DNA of 63,599 nt, counting the filler, from Lenisia limosa (lineage: Eukaryota > Protista > Breviatea): the NCBI GenBank assembly GCA_001655205.1. It is 10 parts of 10 records of this genome, joined end to end, with 100 filler letters (N's around TTAATTAATTAA, not from the genome) between each part and the next. Parts side by side here need not be neighbours in the genome. Positions count along the whole stretch, not along the records: positions 1 to 25,376 come from LPNZ01008017.1; 9 more parts are not named here. One strand, 5' to 3'. The position numbers and the translations under genes are program-made. The notes beneath the pieces are model-generated. The model did not search any database. It was not told the DNA's origin and saw nothing but the letters and a program-made list of their open reading frames with translations. This document shows positions 1 through 10,779 of the stretch, piece by piece (position 1 is the first letter of the stretch; the number at the start of each line of letters is the position of its first letter).

Positions 1-1905
1 ATGTCAGTTTATGGGATTAAAACTGACAATTCAGGAGCATACAACACCATCCGCATTGCTCCTCAAGGTCGCTTTGCAATGATTGGAGGATTTGGTAACA
101 TGAATGGCAACGTTGTTATGTGGGGGGCTCAAGCATTTCAGTAAAGCATTGGATTCCACAAATTTTATCAACTTTCTTGGATCAATTATAAACCTGAATC
201 AGCAGTTTGTTCTGTGACAATGTGTAGTTTTGACTTGAAGGAGCGCCGTAAAGTCTCTTCTTTCAATGCAAAGTTGGAGGGGTGATCAGAGATAGGGAAA
301 GTTTGGATCATACTTAAGCCCAATGCAAGAGAAAGTTTCATCTGAAGCCCAATGCAAGAGAAAGTTTCATCTTAAGCCCAATGCAAGTAGAAAGTTTGAT
401 CCCTTTTAGGTACAGTGTCGAGAGCACCTGGATGCCTGACGGGCGGCACTTCCTCACTGCTTCGTTGTCTCCCAGAATGAACGTCGATAACAAGTGGGCG
501 GAATGGTGTATTAAATGAGACAAATCAACTAATGTGGGGAGTGTAAGGCAAACTGTCCACCCATTTTAACTTTTTAGGATATGCATCTTCAAATACAATG
601 GCCTTATTGTTTACGAGAAGGTATTTGGGGGGTTTGTAGCTTTAGTGCCCTCGGTACATAGTACGTTCTTTTATGATTTGGCTCGTCAAGTGTAAACCAA
701 TAGAGATATTTTAAAACAACTGCAAAGAAACACTGGTAAGCAGGGGAGAGATTTGAGNNNNNNNNNNNNNNNNNNNNNNNNNNNNNNNNNNNNNNNNNNN
801 NNNNNNNNNNNNNNNNNNNNNNNNNNNNNNNNNNNNNNNNNNNNNNNNNNNNNNNNNNNNAAAAAATTCCCGGACCGCCCTGCCTCGCCCAAACCCAAGG
901 GTTCCGCGCTCAAGGAGGCCCTGAAAGAAGAAGGCGTCAAGAAAGCCGCGTGTTGGTTTTTGAATAAATGAAATATCATATAGAATATCCTTTCCATTAA
1001 TATACTCCCATTCGAATATACTCTTGACCGTTTCTGGTGACCATGACCTCATAGCCGCGACTACTGACAGAAAGGCCTACGTCCCTCCACACATGAGAGG
1101 AAAGGACGCTCCCGCCTCTACTATTGTAAAAGTTGGTTGCTTGTGTGAGCATGATTGTCATTGTCTGGCTGGAAGAGTAAAATAACATTGATAATTATGA
1201 TGGATAGATATATAGCATTGAGAAATAAAAAATAAGGTTGCATCTGGCCGAAGCTGTCCACACCATCACNNNNNNNNNNNNNNNNNNNNNNNNNNNNNNN
1301 NNNNNNNNNNNNNNNNNNNNNNNNNNNTGCACACAGCTTTCTACGTGCCTCCCCCCCAGCATATAATGGATGGATAGATAAGCTTGACATTTCCAGGAAA
1401 AGCAGGAGAAGCATGGTGAGATCAAGAAGCCTGGAGTCATTGGCAGTAGGCAGCTTTTTCTATATTTTGAAACACCCAATGTTGCAATTAACCTTCAGTG
1501 GCCCAAGAAAAGAAGCCCAACAAGAAGCGCCGCAAGAGGAAGTCCAACAACAACGCTGCTGTGGAAGAGGAGGAGGAGGAGGAAGTCACTGTGGAGCTGA
1601 CTGCAGAGGAAATTACTGACCAGAAGAAGAAGGAGCTCAGGAAACTTGAGAAGAAAATCAAGGCAATTGCTGTTTGTTGGATCTTAAGGCTGCGTTTTTA
1701 ATTCCTAAACCGGTTTTTTTTTGACATTGTTTAGGTGATAAAGGAGAAAAAGAAGAACGGGCAAGAGCTGAATGAAGTGAGTTTCCTCTCAAACATTCTT
1801 TTCACACTTGGCTTGATGGTTATCATAGTTACCTTATAGGACCAAATTGCCAAGATGAACGAAGAGGAGGAGGCTTTGGCTCGTATCGCAGAACTGAAAA
1901 TTTAG
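1..1905 (+). CDS. EIF2A: Eukaryotic translation initiation factor 2A, multi-exon, 5'-truncated by the window edge
   Basis: Spliced exons give GAYNTIRIAPQGRFAMIGGFGNMNGNVVIFDLKERRK...STWMPDGRHFLTASLSPRMNVDNKICIFKYNG, then AYVPPH, and a C-terminal coiled coil KKKELRKLEKKIKAIAVIKEKKKNGQELNEDQIAKM...KI*. Stop is TAG 1903-1905. Frame is kept across GT-AG introns (e.g. 120-227). Confidence 0.88.
313..400. repeat. 29-30 bp tandem repeat x3 inside an eIF2A intron
   Basis: CT(T/G)AAGCCCAATGCAAG(T)AGAAAGTTT(C/G)AT at 313, 342 and 371. Confidence 0.9.
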
Positions 1906-2210
1906 ACCATCTAATGTTGAGTGCTGATGTATAACTGATATCTCAGTTGATGAGCACGTTATTACTCTATGAATTTATTTATGTTGCGAGTATTGCGATA
2001 TTTTCATCATATGTTTACATTTTGTATTGTAAATATTGATATAGTGAGTTTGATATTTTTTAAATTTTTGTAAATTATGTACGCTGTGCTGTGTACAAGG
2101 CTGGTACAAGGTTGATGAGTAGCCGGCAATTTTAAGGTACGCTGCCGCTTAGCCATAAAACAAAACAAAAAAAATCCTTGTTAACTTAATATCTTATTAT
2201 AAATAACATT

Positions 2211-4607
2211 ATGAAGGTCTTTGTTTGTGGAGGAGCGGGATACATCGGGTCTCATTGTTCCCGTGAGCTTGTTTTGGCCGGACACGAAGTGGTTGTCTTT
2301 GATAACCTCAAAACTGGTCACAAGCGCCTTGTTGACATGGAAAAGATGACGTTTGTCCAGGGAGACGTTCGTGATGCTAATATGGGTAAGAACTCTCTTT
2401 CAGAGGTCTTCTTATCGCCTTCCCTCAGCTGATATCTTAAAAACTCACAAACCCGACGCTGTGATGCATTTCTGTGCCGATTCCATTGTTCCTTTCTCTG
2501 TGAAGGTTGGTGATTTGTGTGATCAATATCATGTCAGCCTTTCTTCGATGTAATATTCAGGACCCTCTTGCCTACTATGACAACAATGTTAACGGAGCCA
2601 TGTGTCTTCTCAAGGCTATGAAGGAAGCAGAGGTTGATAAGGTATGTCAACTGAAGGGTTTTATTGTTTTTCTTTTTTTTTTGTTCTTCTTCTTCTTCTT
2701 CTTCTAAATTGCAATGTTCCTACGCGATATAAGGTTCTGATAAATCCACCAAGTCCAATTAATATTATTAAAACGAAAGCAAACTTTTCTGCAAAACGGG
2801 GACTATCTTTCAGGAACTTCATATTGCATTGTGATTGACTTGTAAGATTATCTTCTCCTCAACTGCCGCTATCTTTGGACAGCCTGAAACTATTCCCATC
2901 AAGGAGGACGATCCTCAGGTTCCTACCAACCCCTGTATGGATCCTGATGCTTTGGAGTTTTGGTTTTTTTATGAATAGTATATCATATTAGTATATAAAC
3001 AAAAGCAAAACTTGACTTTCCAGACGGAGAAACCAAGCTTGCTATTGAGAAGATGCTTCACTGGACCCATGGTACGATGATGGTTCCAATCAACTTCACC
3101 ATAATCTTTTACATGGATGCTCAAAATTGAAACGATTGAATCGTTGACATACCCCAGGAGCCCACGGAATCCGCTACGTTGCACTGCGTTATTTCAACGC
3201 CTGTGGAGCCGACCAGTCTGCCGACATCGGCGAGCTTCATAACCCCGAGACCCACCTCATCCCAATTGTCATGCAGGTTGGCTGAGATGGTTGAGCATGG
3301 GTGGCACTCAGACTGGCTCTTTCTGCTCTGGCTTTTGGATATAATATCTCACTTTTCAGGTTGTGCAGGGACAGCGTGAGAAGATGTTCATCTTTGGTGA
3401 CGACTACAACACCCCTGATGGCACCTGTGTTCGTGACTGTGGGGGGGTATACATTTTATTAACTGTCCCCCCTCCCCTCCTCAACTTTTTCTAGACCTAT
3501 TTGTCTGCGTTTTTGTTGTCTGCGTTGTCTTGTGTTCATGGTTGTTCGTGCCTTCTGTTTGCTTTGTAGTTTCAGATTATTAGATTCGTGATGATTTCCT
3601 TTACGTCAATATTATTCATATATCTTCCTTCTGCACCCCCTCCCCCACCCTGAAAAAACAAAAAAAAAATACTATTAAAAATAATACTATTAATAATACT
3701 AATAATTTATTTAAAAAAATCATGTACTATTGGAAAATCGGACATTTTTTTGGACAGCCTTATTGTTGACGGGTAATTATTTAAGGACCTTTATATCATA
3801 GACGTTCACGTGACCGATTTGGCAAGTGCTCATCTCAAGGCCCTTAACTACCTTGGCGAAGGCAACGAGTCCAACAGATTCAACCTTGGGTAAGCAAGCA
3901 GACTTTAGACACTACTGCCTGTGATTTTAGATTTCTTTTGTCATTTCGTAGATCAGGAACTGGCTACTCTGTTAAAGAGATTATTGAAGCATCTCGCAAG
4001 GTGAGAGGGGGGGGGGGAGGTACTTTGACACAGCAATGCCACATTTACACTTTACTTTCAATGAAGGCTTTTTTATCAGTCGATATCGAATAGAAAGCAG
4101 TCTTACCTAACTCGCAGGTTACTGGACATGCCATTCCCACTGAAATTGGCCCCCGTCGAGCTGGTGACCCCGACTCTCTCATTGCCTCTTCTGAGAAGGC
4201 TGCCAAGGTAGGGTAGATTCTGTTATTGCAATTTGAAATTGAACCTACCTTTAAAGCAGGGTTGAAAATGGGAAAGTTGCTAGTGTCAGATATCGGATTT
4301 AAAGAAGTGGCAATAGTTGCGGAAATCACATTCAATACGTGCTTCGAATATCCGAGACAACTTTATCTTTTGAACCGTAAAACAGATTGCAAATCAGAGA
4401 ATGGATTGCTTATACTACTTCACAACAAAAATAGTAGTTAATCATGCTTATTATCATATGATATGATCATCAGAATTATCTTCCTCTGTTTGGTCAAGGC
4501 TGATGCTATAGGTACTTGGATGGACTCGTAAATACACTAGTGTTGAGGACATCATCAGAACTGCCCACCATTGGCACCAAAAAATTGCCGACGAAGAGAA
4601 GAAGTAG
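2211..4607 (+). CDS. galE: UDP-glucose 4-epimerase (NAD-dependent extended SDR), 11 exons
   Basis: GGAGYIGSH Rossmann motif, FSSTAA, YGETK (YxxxK), [33 protein letters not shown] and RRAGDP. All 10 introns splice in frame. Stop is TAG 4605-4607. Confidence 0.95.
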
Positions 4608-4702
4608 ATGTTTCACCTGTATCCTTTATTTATTATCATTTATCCTTTCAATTTACACCCCCTTCCATTTGACACCGAAAACATAAATTATAGAACATTA
4701 CC

Positions 4703-6647
4703 TCAACCTTCCATAGAAGATTTCAACACCATTGATGATACAGTATACGGGTCAGCGTTAGATGCAGGTCGTCTATCCTCGAAATAGCCGAAGCCAGCCT
4801 GTTTAACTGACGAGAGAGAGAATGTCAAAAAGAGGGACTGAACATACCAGCACTTGAGACTCTGACCGAAGCACCTCTCTTGCCGACACCCCATGTGAAC
4901 TTATCAAAAGAAGCAGTTTCATGACGGCCAGTCATTCGTCTCTACAGTGTGGGCAGAGATAGCAAAAAAAAATCCTTGGAGGTATGAAATAATTCCTCAA
5001 AGTGTCTAGTTTCCAGCAAAGACAAAAATGTGATTGATAACCAATGAATACCTCGTTTCCGGCGCCATAAAGAGCCATATGTTCGTCATGCTTCTTCCCC
5101 AAGTTCTCAATTGCCTTGACAATTGCAGAGTAGCCTGGTTGATTAAAACGTGAAAATAAAGCGTCATTAAAAGACAAATGTATATACCTTCATAATTGCG
5201 CATCTGATTAGTTGAAAAGTTGCAGTGCGCTCCCCCTCCATTCCAGTCCCCATTGACAGGTTTGGGATCATAACTGATGACAACTCGCATCATTTCACCT
5301 GGGGTGTCATTGCCCACTAGCAACACGCAAAGAAGAAAGAGCACCCTCACCAACCTAATCTTGCCAAAATGAAACGAGCCATCCAAATGTGATCACCAAT
5401 CTCTATTCCTTCACAGGGACCAACCTTCAACATTAGTCGTAATCTGATACCAAGAAGAGTTTGCAAATATTATAATGACCAATTGGCCCAAAGTATCAAA
5501 CAATAATAACCCTACTTGGAACTCCCACTGTCCTGGCATGACTTCGGCGTTTGCTAAAATGTCACCGATAATGCAGTGTACATCTTTTTTTGAAAAAAAA
5601 CAAAAACAATATAAGATATTAACGTCATGATATTATTATTACTAAAAACACTTCCCACTTCCAGAGATTTTGACACCAGCATAAAGACAGGCATGGTAGT
5701 GGGAAACAACAAGCTCTCGTCCAAACACCTATTCAAATTAGTTCGAGATGTCCAGTTCAATGGATTCAGCCAATGGCATCAGTACGATTTATAAAACCTT
5801 CAAACATACCTTGTCAGCACCAACGCCGCAGTAGTAGGGTCCCTGGGGTCCTGGATACCCGCCAATAGGCCAGCCAAGGGGGTGGTTCTCAAGGGTATAC
5901 ATCACATATTCCTGTTCAATCCCAAACCTTGAAGGTCAATTAGTTGGCCATGGGAGAAGCACTTACCATGGTGCAGTGTTGGCGTATTTCTTCATGATAG
6001 CGTCAGCAGGGGCACGAGTGTTTGACTCACAAGGGGTTCCATCGGGGTTCCAGCAGTCACAGAGAACAAGAAGATTATTATTGCCCTAAAATGTAAACTT
6101 TAACTAAAAACCCATTTTCACAACTTGTTTTCCTTGGCGCCCATCTCTCACATTGGGATTGGGATTGAAAGGGTCTTTGAAGATAGCCCGTGGCCTATAT
6201 TGTCAAATAATGGAAATACAAAGGCTGATTGAAATGTGTCGATGTTATGGTCAAATTACCCTAAGCTCACTTCAAGATGATCTCAGAGTTTGATTCCCCA
6301 GCCTGGCCTGTCGAAGACCCATCAAAGTTCCAGTCTGACAGATTGTCAATTGACATTGAACTTGAAGCTTGCATCGTCTGATTTAATCAAAGGATTTATT
6401 AAGGTTTTGAATCAGATACCATCAAAAGGGTAATTATCAAATGATAATAAAATACGAACCTTGACTTTCGAACGAAGATTGGTGCCCGTTGAGTCCACCC
6501 AAATGTACTCCACCATAATCTGAACAGTAAAGGAAAAATTTTAAAAAACATCCGGACGGCAATAACGCTAAGACAAACGCTGTTATTTTGGCTGAGGGCA
6601 ATGAAGTCTTTTGTGATACGTGAGTTGTCATGCTGATGGTAGGCCAT
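4703..6647 (-). CDS. GLUL: Glutamine synthetase, type II (eukaryotic), multi-exon
   Basis: Exons give IMVEYIWVD...[60 protein letters not shown] and [15 protein letters not shown]. Confidence 0.95.
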
Positions 6648-6979
6648 GTTGAACCAAAGCTAATCAAGCAAAAGATTAACTTAGGTGGATTGGGTGGAAG
6701 GTGGGAAGGTGGTGGGTGCAAGAATCGAAGCATAAAAGCTCGATGAGACGAGGCCCCGGACTCAGGACCTTGGGCTGTGGAGAAGCACACCCTTTCTGGA
6801 ATGCGAAACAAGAGCGGTTAGTTTCATTCCAGTTTCATTCTCCCTCTACTTCCATTTGTTGTGTGGGGTGCGTGGGTGGTGGGGGTGGGGTGTTTGCTCA
6901 TCATCATATCTAATCAAAACCAATCACTTTTAAGTGGGCTTTTTGTCATTTTTTTTCACTTTTTTAGCATACAAATAGC

Positions 6980-8831
6980 ATGATGAAGGTATTCATCTTG
7001 CTTGCATTCGTTTTTGCCCTTTCCTGGGCTTCATCCATGGATGAGATTATCTCTCGTGTTAACAACCAGCCTACTACCTGGATTGCTGGTGTTACTAAGA
7101 CTTCTCACCTCTCCATTCAGCAACAAAAGTTAGGATTCATCCTGTAGTAATTTTCGGAGTATTTGAGATACCGCTACTCCTGCCTTCAACTTTGTTCTTT
7201 CAGTATTAACGTATTTTGTTAAAGTATACCGTTTTTCATTGAAATTTACCTGCAAATAAGCGTTCCCCTTATTCTCTAGATCTCTTTGTGGTACTCGCCT
7301 TCGCTCTATTTCTGTTGAGTCTCAAGAAGGACCGATTCTTGGTCTTCCTAATGAGTTTGACACTGCTACCAACTGGCCTGGATCTCGCCGTCCCATTGTG
7401 AGTTGGGGTAGTGATATCTATTTCTGTCTTTTTTTTTGACAATTTTAGCGCAATCAGGTGTGTGGGCACTTCTGGTTAAATATTGGTAGAGGGAAATTTT
7501 TAAATGTGGAAACTTTTTCTATTTGTAGTTGAAAAGGATAAATCGACTCATCTATCGCCTGGATTCTCCTATTTCCGTTACTTACTTTCTCACATGTGTC
7601 ACATCTGACAACGCTCATTTTGCAGTTGCAGTAAGCTTTCAATACTTTTTTGGGCTCTGTTGATCGGGTACCGTTGACGGTTTAGTTGCGGATCATGCTG
7701 GGCATTTTCATTGACCGAGGCTCTTGGTGACCGTTTCTTCATTGCCTCCAAGGGCAACATTGACAAGGTCCTTGCTCCTGAAGACCCTGTTCTTTGCGAC
7801 GGCGGTATGAGTCTGAATTTCTCTTGACTTGATAGGCAACATGGGATGCTCAGGCGGTTATCTTGATGGAGCATGGGACTACGCCAGAACTGACGGTGTT
7901 GTTACTGAGTCCTGCATGCCTTACATCTCTGGTGGGTTGGCAGTCAATTCAATCAAGATTGGAGAAGTAGGGGCATTCATCACGAAATTTCAGGTGACGG
8001 AAGAGACGACATGCTCTGCCCCTCTCGTTGCAACAATACTGCTGAGAACTTCCACAAGTTCCATGCTACCAGCGTAGGCTTGAGAGTACTACTTGTCAAA
8101 GTTAATTATCACATGACCCTTTAGATCCGTAAGCCTGGTACCATCTGGCCCCTCGGTCGCGAGACTCACATCATGAAGGAGATCATGGAGAACGGCCCCG
8201 TTCAGACCGGGTGGGTTGCGAGGGAAAGTTACCTGACCTTGTCACTTGTTCATGTATTGAGTAATAGTGGTATGTCTTGACTTTTCCAAGTTGGGCAAGA
8301 GTTGCCGGTTACTGTAGCATTTGTTTATTATATCATATCATATATCGTTCACAGTCCTCTTATGGAGCAGTTTCACTGTTTACCAAGACTTCATGGCCTA
8401 CTCTGGTGGAGTTTACCAGCATCATACTGGACAGGTGAGCTTTTTGGGGAAGAATTCTTCTAATTCCTTTCTCCCTTTACTGTTTTTTATCATTGTATAA
8501 TTTATCATGAAATAGGTTCTTGGCGGTCATGCAGTCGTCATCACCGGATGGGGTGAAGAGAATGGCACCAAATATTGGAAGGTTGCTAACGTGAGAGGGG
8601 GACTTCAGCATTACATCCCCAGTTGCTCGATTTCCTTTCTAATGGTGTAGTCATGGTCTGAGGACTGGGGTGAGAAGGGTTACTTCCGCATCCGTCGTGG
8701 ACACGTGAGGGGGTGGCTCATTTTTGCTAAATTTCATGTATCACTCTTATACACCATGTCAATCTGTATTGACACCCCAGGATGAGTGTGGTATGGAGAG
8801 ACAAGTTATTGCTGGTCTTGCCAAGCTCTAG
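6980..8831 (+). CDS. Cathepsin B-like papain-family (C1A) cysteine protease with signal peptide and no occluding loop
   Basis: Signal peptide MMKVFILLAFVFALSWA, RNQLHCGSCWAF (catalytic Cys), GCSGG, NGPVQTGF.VYQDF..Y.GGVY, GGHAV (His) and VANSW..DWGEKGYF (Asn). About 11 introns. Stop is TAG 8829-8831. Confidence 0.93.
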
Positions 8832-9449
8832 TTTTGGAACTATGGACTTCCAATTTACCACGGTTGAACCCATATAATAATAATAAATAAACCCAATAGA
8901 AACAGTTCCTAATTCTCGTCACCCGAGTCACTCAACTCATCTTGCTCTAAACAATTATCTTAAAAATAACTACTTCCAGTCGGTATTCAATATGAAATAG
9001 AGAAAAGTCCCCCCCCCCCCCNNNNNNNNNNNNNNNNNNNNNNNNNNNNNNNNNNNNNNNNNNNNNNNNNNNNNNNNNNNNNNNNNNNNNNNNNNNNNNN
9101 NNNNNNNNNNNNNNNNNNNNNNNNNNNNNNNNNNNNNNNNNNNNNNNNNNNNNNNNNNNNNNNNNNNNNNNNNNNNNNNNNNNNNNNNNNNNNNNNNNNN
9201 NNNNNNNNNNNNNNNNNNNNNNNNNACCTAAAAGGAAGTGAGGCAACAGCAAACCCAGTTTGATTGTACTTTTATATGCTATTCTGTCATCTTGTATCAA
9301 TTGATATCAATATGATAGCAATGAGTAGAGCTTAACTCCGGAGCAGAAAAGATCGGTTACTATCTAAATATATCGATAATTATCGAGAATTTCAGTCATT
9401 CTCTGGATCGGAGTGAAGCCCGAGAAATGAGAAATGAAAAAGGCGAATA

Positions 9450-10392
9450 TAATCGAAGCCGACCATCGCACAATATTGGGAAGCACGATGTTGAGATGAG
9501 AAATCAAATAAGGTGGTATCTGGCCGACTCTATCCATACCAAGATTCATAAATGCGGGCGTATGCCCTGCATAAAGATCCCACGTAAGACCCGTTGTGTG
9601 ACCAGAGTGTTAATTGCACAAGCTCAGGGCTTTATAAGGTAACATTATTGTAAATATGGGTAAGTTCTCGAAGCAGATAATACTGTTCAATAATCACAGG
9701 CCGGTTACAATATTAGAAGAACATGTGATGAGTTTGAACAACAGCAAGAGAGAAAAAAAGGAAACAAAGGGGAACTTGTGTTCATTATTTAACCCGTTGC
9801 CACAAATATATAATAAAAACCGTGTTCGAAAACCCCCCTATGTGGTTGAGAGGTTGACCCCCACCTCATTTCGCTTTCTTGAAGTTGCACAATGCAGGGC
9901 AGAATCCTTGTTGGAGTTTGCTGCATTGATATCCGCGCCAGCAGAGAGCAAGAACTGAACTGCCGGAAGGTTGCCTAAACAGTGACTGTAACCTGAGGTG
10001 GGTCTTGTAACACTGTCCTGAATGCCCGTCTTTAAGTTATTGAAAAGAGGCCAAGAAACAATGTTGATTAGTTCGAAGAAAGTGTCGAGCTAGGTCAAAA
10101 ACTTATTGCCATGTTGATACAATTGCTATCAAAAAATTGGTGTGTTGTTAGAAGATCATCTGATGTTTGTAGAGAGAGGAGCTTGTCAGAAAGCAGGACA
10201 AACCTGCTGAAGCGGCCCAAATAAGAGGTGTATATTCCAGCTCATCACGCTCATTGACATTGTTTCCTTCCTACAAGAGCATTAGAATATTTAGCTGCGT
10301 GAAAGAGTCAATATATTTCGGCTAACTTTAAGAAGTTGCTTCAAATTTTCCACATCACCCATTTTAGCACATTCAATAACTTCAAAAACCAT
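9450..10392 (-). CDS. Ankyrin-repeat protein (3' end uncertain)
   Basis: Spliced MVFEVIECAKMGDVENLKQLLK|EGNNVNERDELEYTPLIWAASAG|NLPAVQFLLSAGADINAANSNKDSALHCATSRKRNE, which contains two ankyrin repeats. Confidence 0.75.
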
Positions 10393-10779
10393 TTTGATCT
10401 TTTAAAAGGGACAATTGGGGCAAACTGTGGAAACAAAACCAGTTTCCGGTCGCGTGTTTTCCACCAACCTCTACTCTCTCTCTCTCTCTCTCTACGACCT
10501 TATGAACAGAAAATAACAGGAAAATAAAAATACAGGCAGAATATAATAATAAAATAAATGCGTGTATAATACAAATATAATATCAAATATCCCATATTCT
10601 CTTCCATTCTCTTTCTCTGAGACGCATCCCCCCCACAATCCCACCCCAACCATCCAGGTAAGTACTTATCTATTCCTCTACCTAAGGGTAGTGAAGCATT
10701 TGGTGAAGTGATTTAGTTGAGGAAAAGATTACTTGTTTTTTGCGAGTCAAGTATTTCAATCTGACAACAGCAGAAATGC

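Noticed and set aside
985-995. ATATCCTTTCC, a perfect U12-type 5' splice-site match (also GTATCCTTT at ~4619)
   Set aside because: It lies inside an ordinary GT-AG intron whose removal already restores the eIF2A frame (AATTDRKAYVPPH). The second match is in a 3' UTR. No U12 branch site was seen.
1662-1670. GC-AG intron at AAG|GCAATT in eIF2A
   Set aside because: The downstream GT donor (GCT|GTTTGT) keeps KAIA, which fits the eIF2A C-terminal KKL+AI..LK pattern better.
2211-6647. galE plus glutamine synthetase as a bacterial-like operon or contaminant
   Set aside because: The genes are convergent, both are full of spliceosomal introns, and the GS is the eukaryotic type II.
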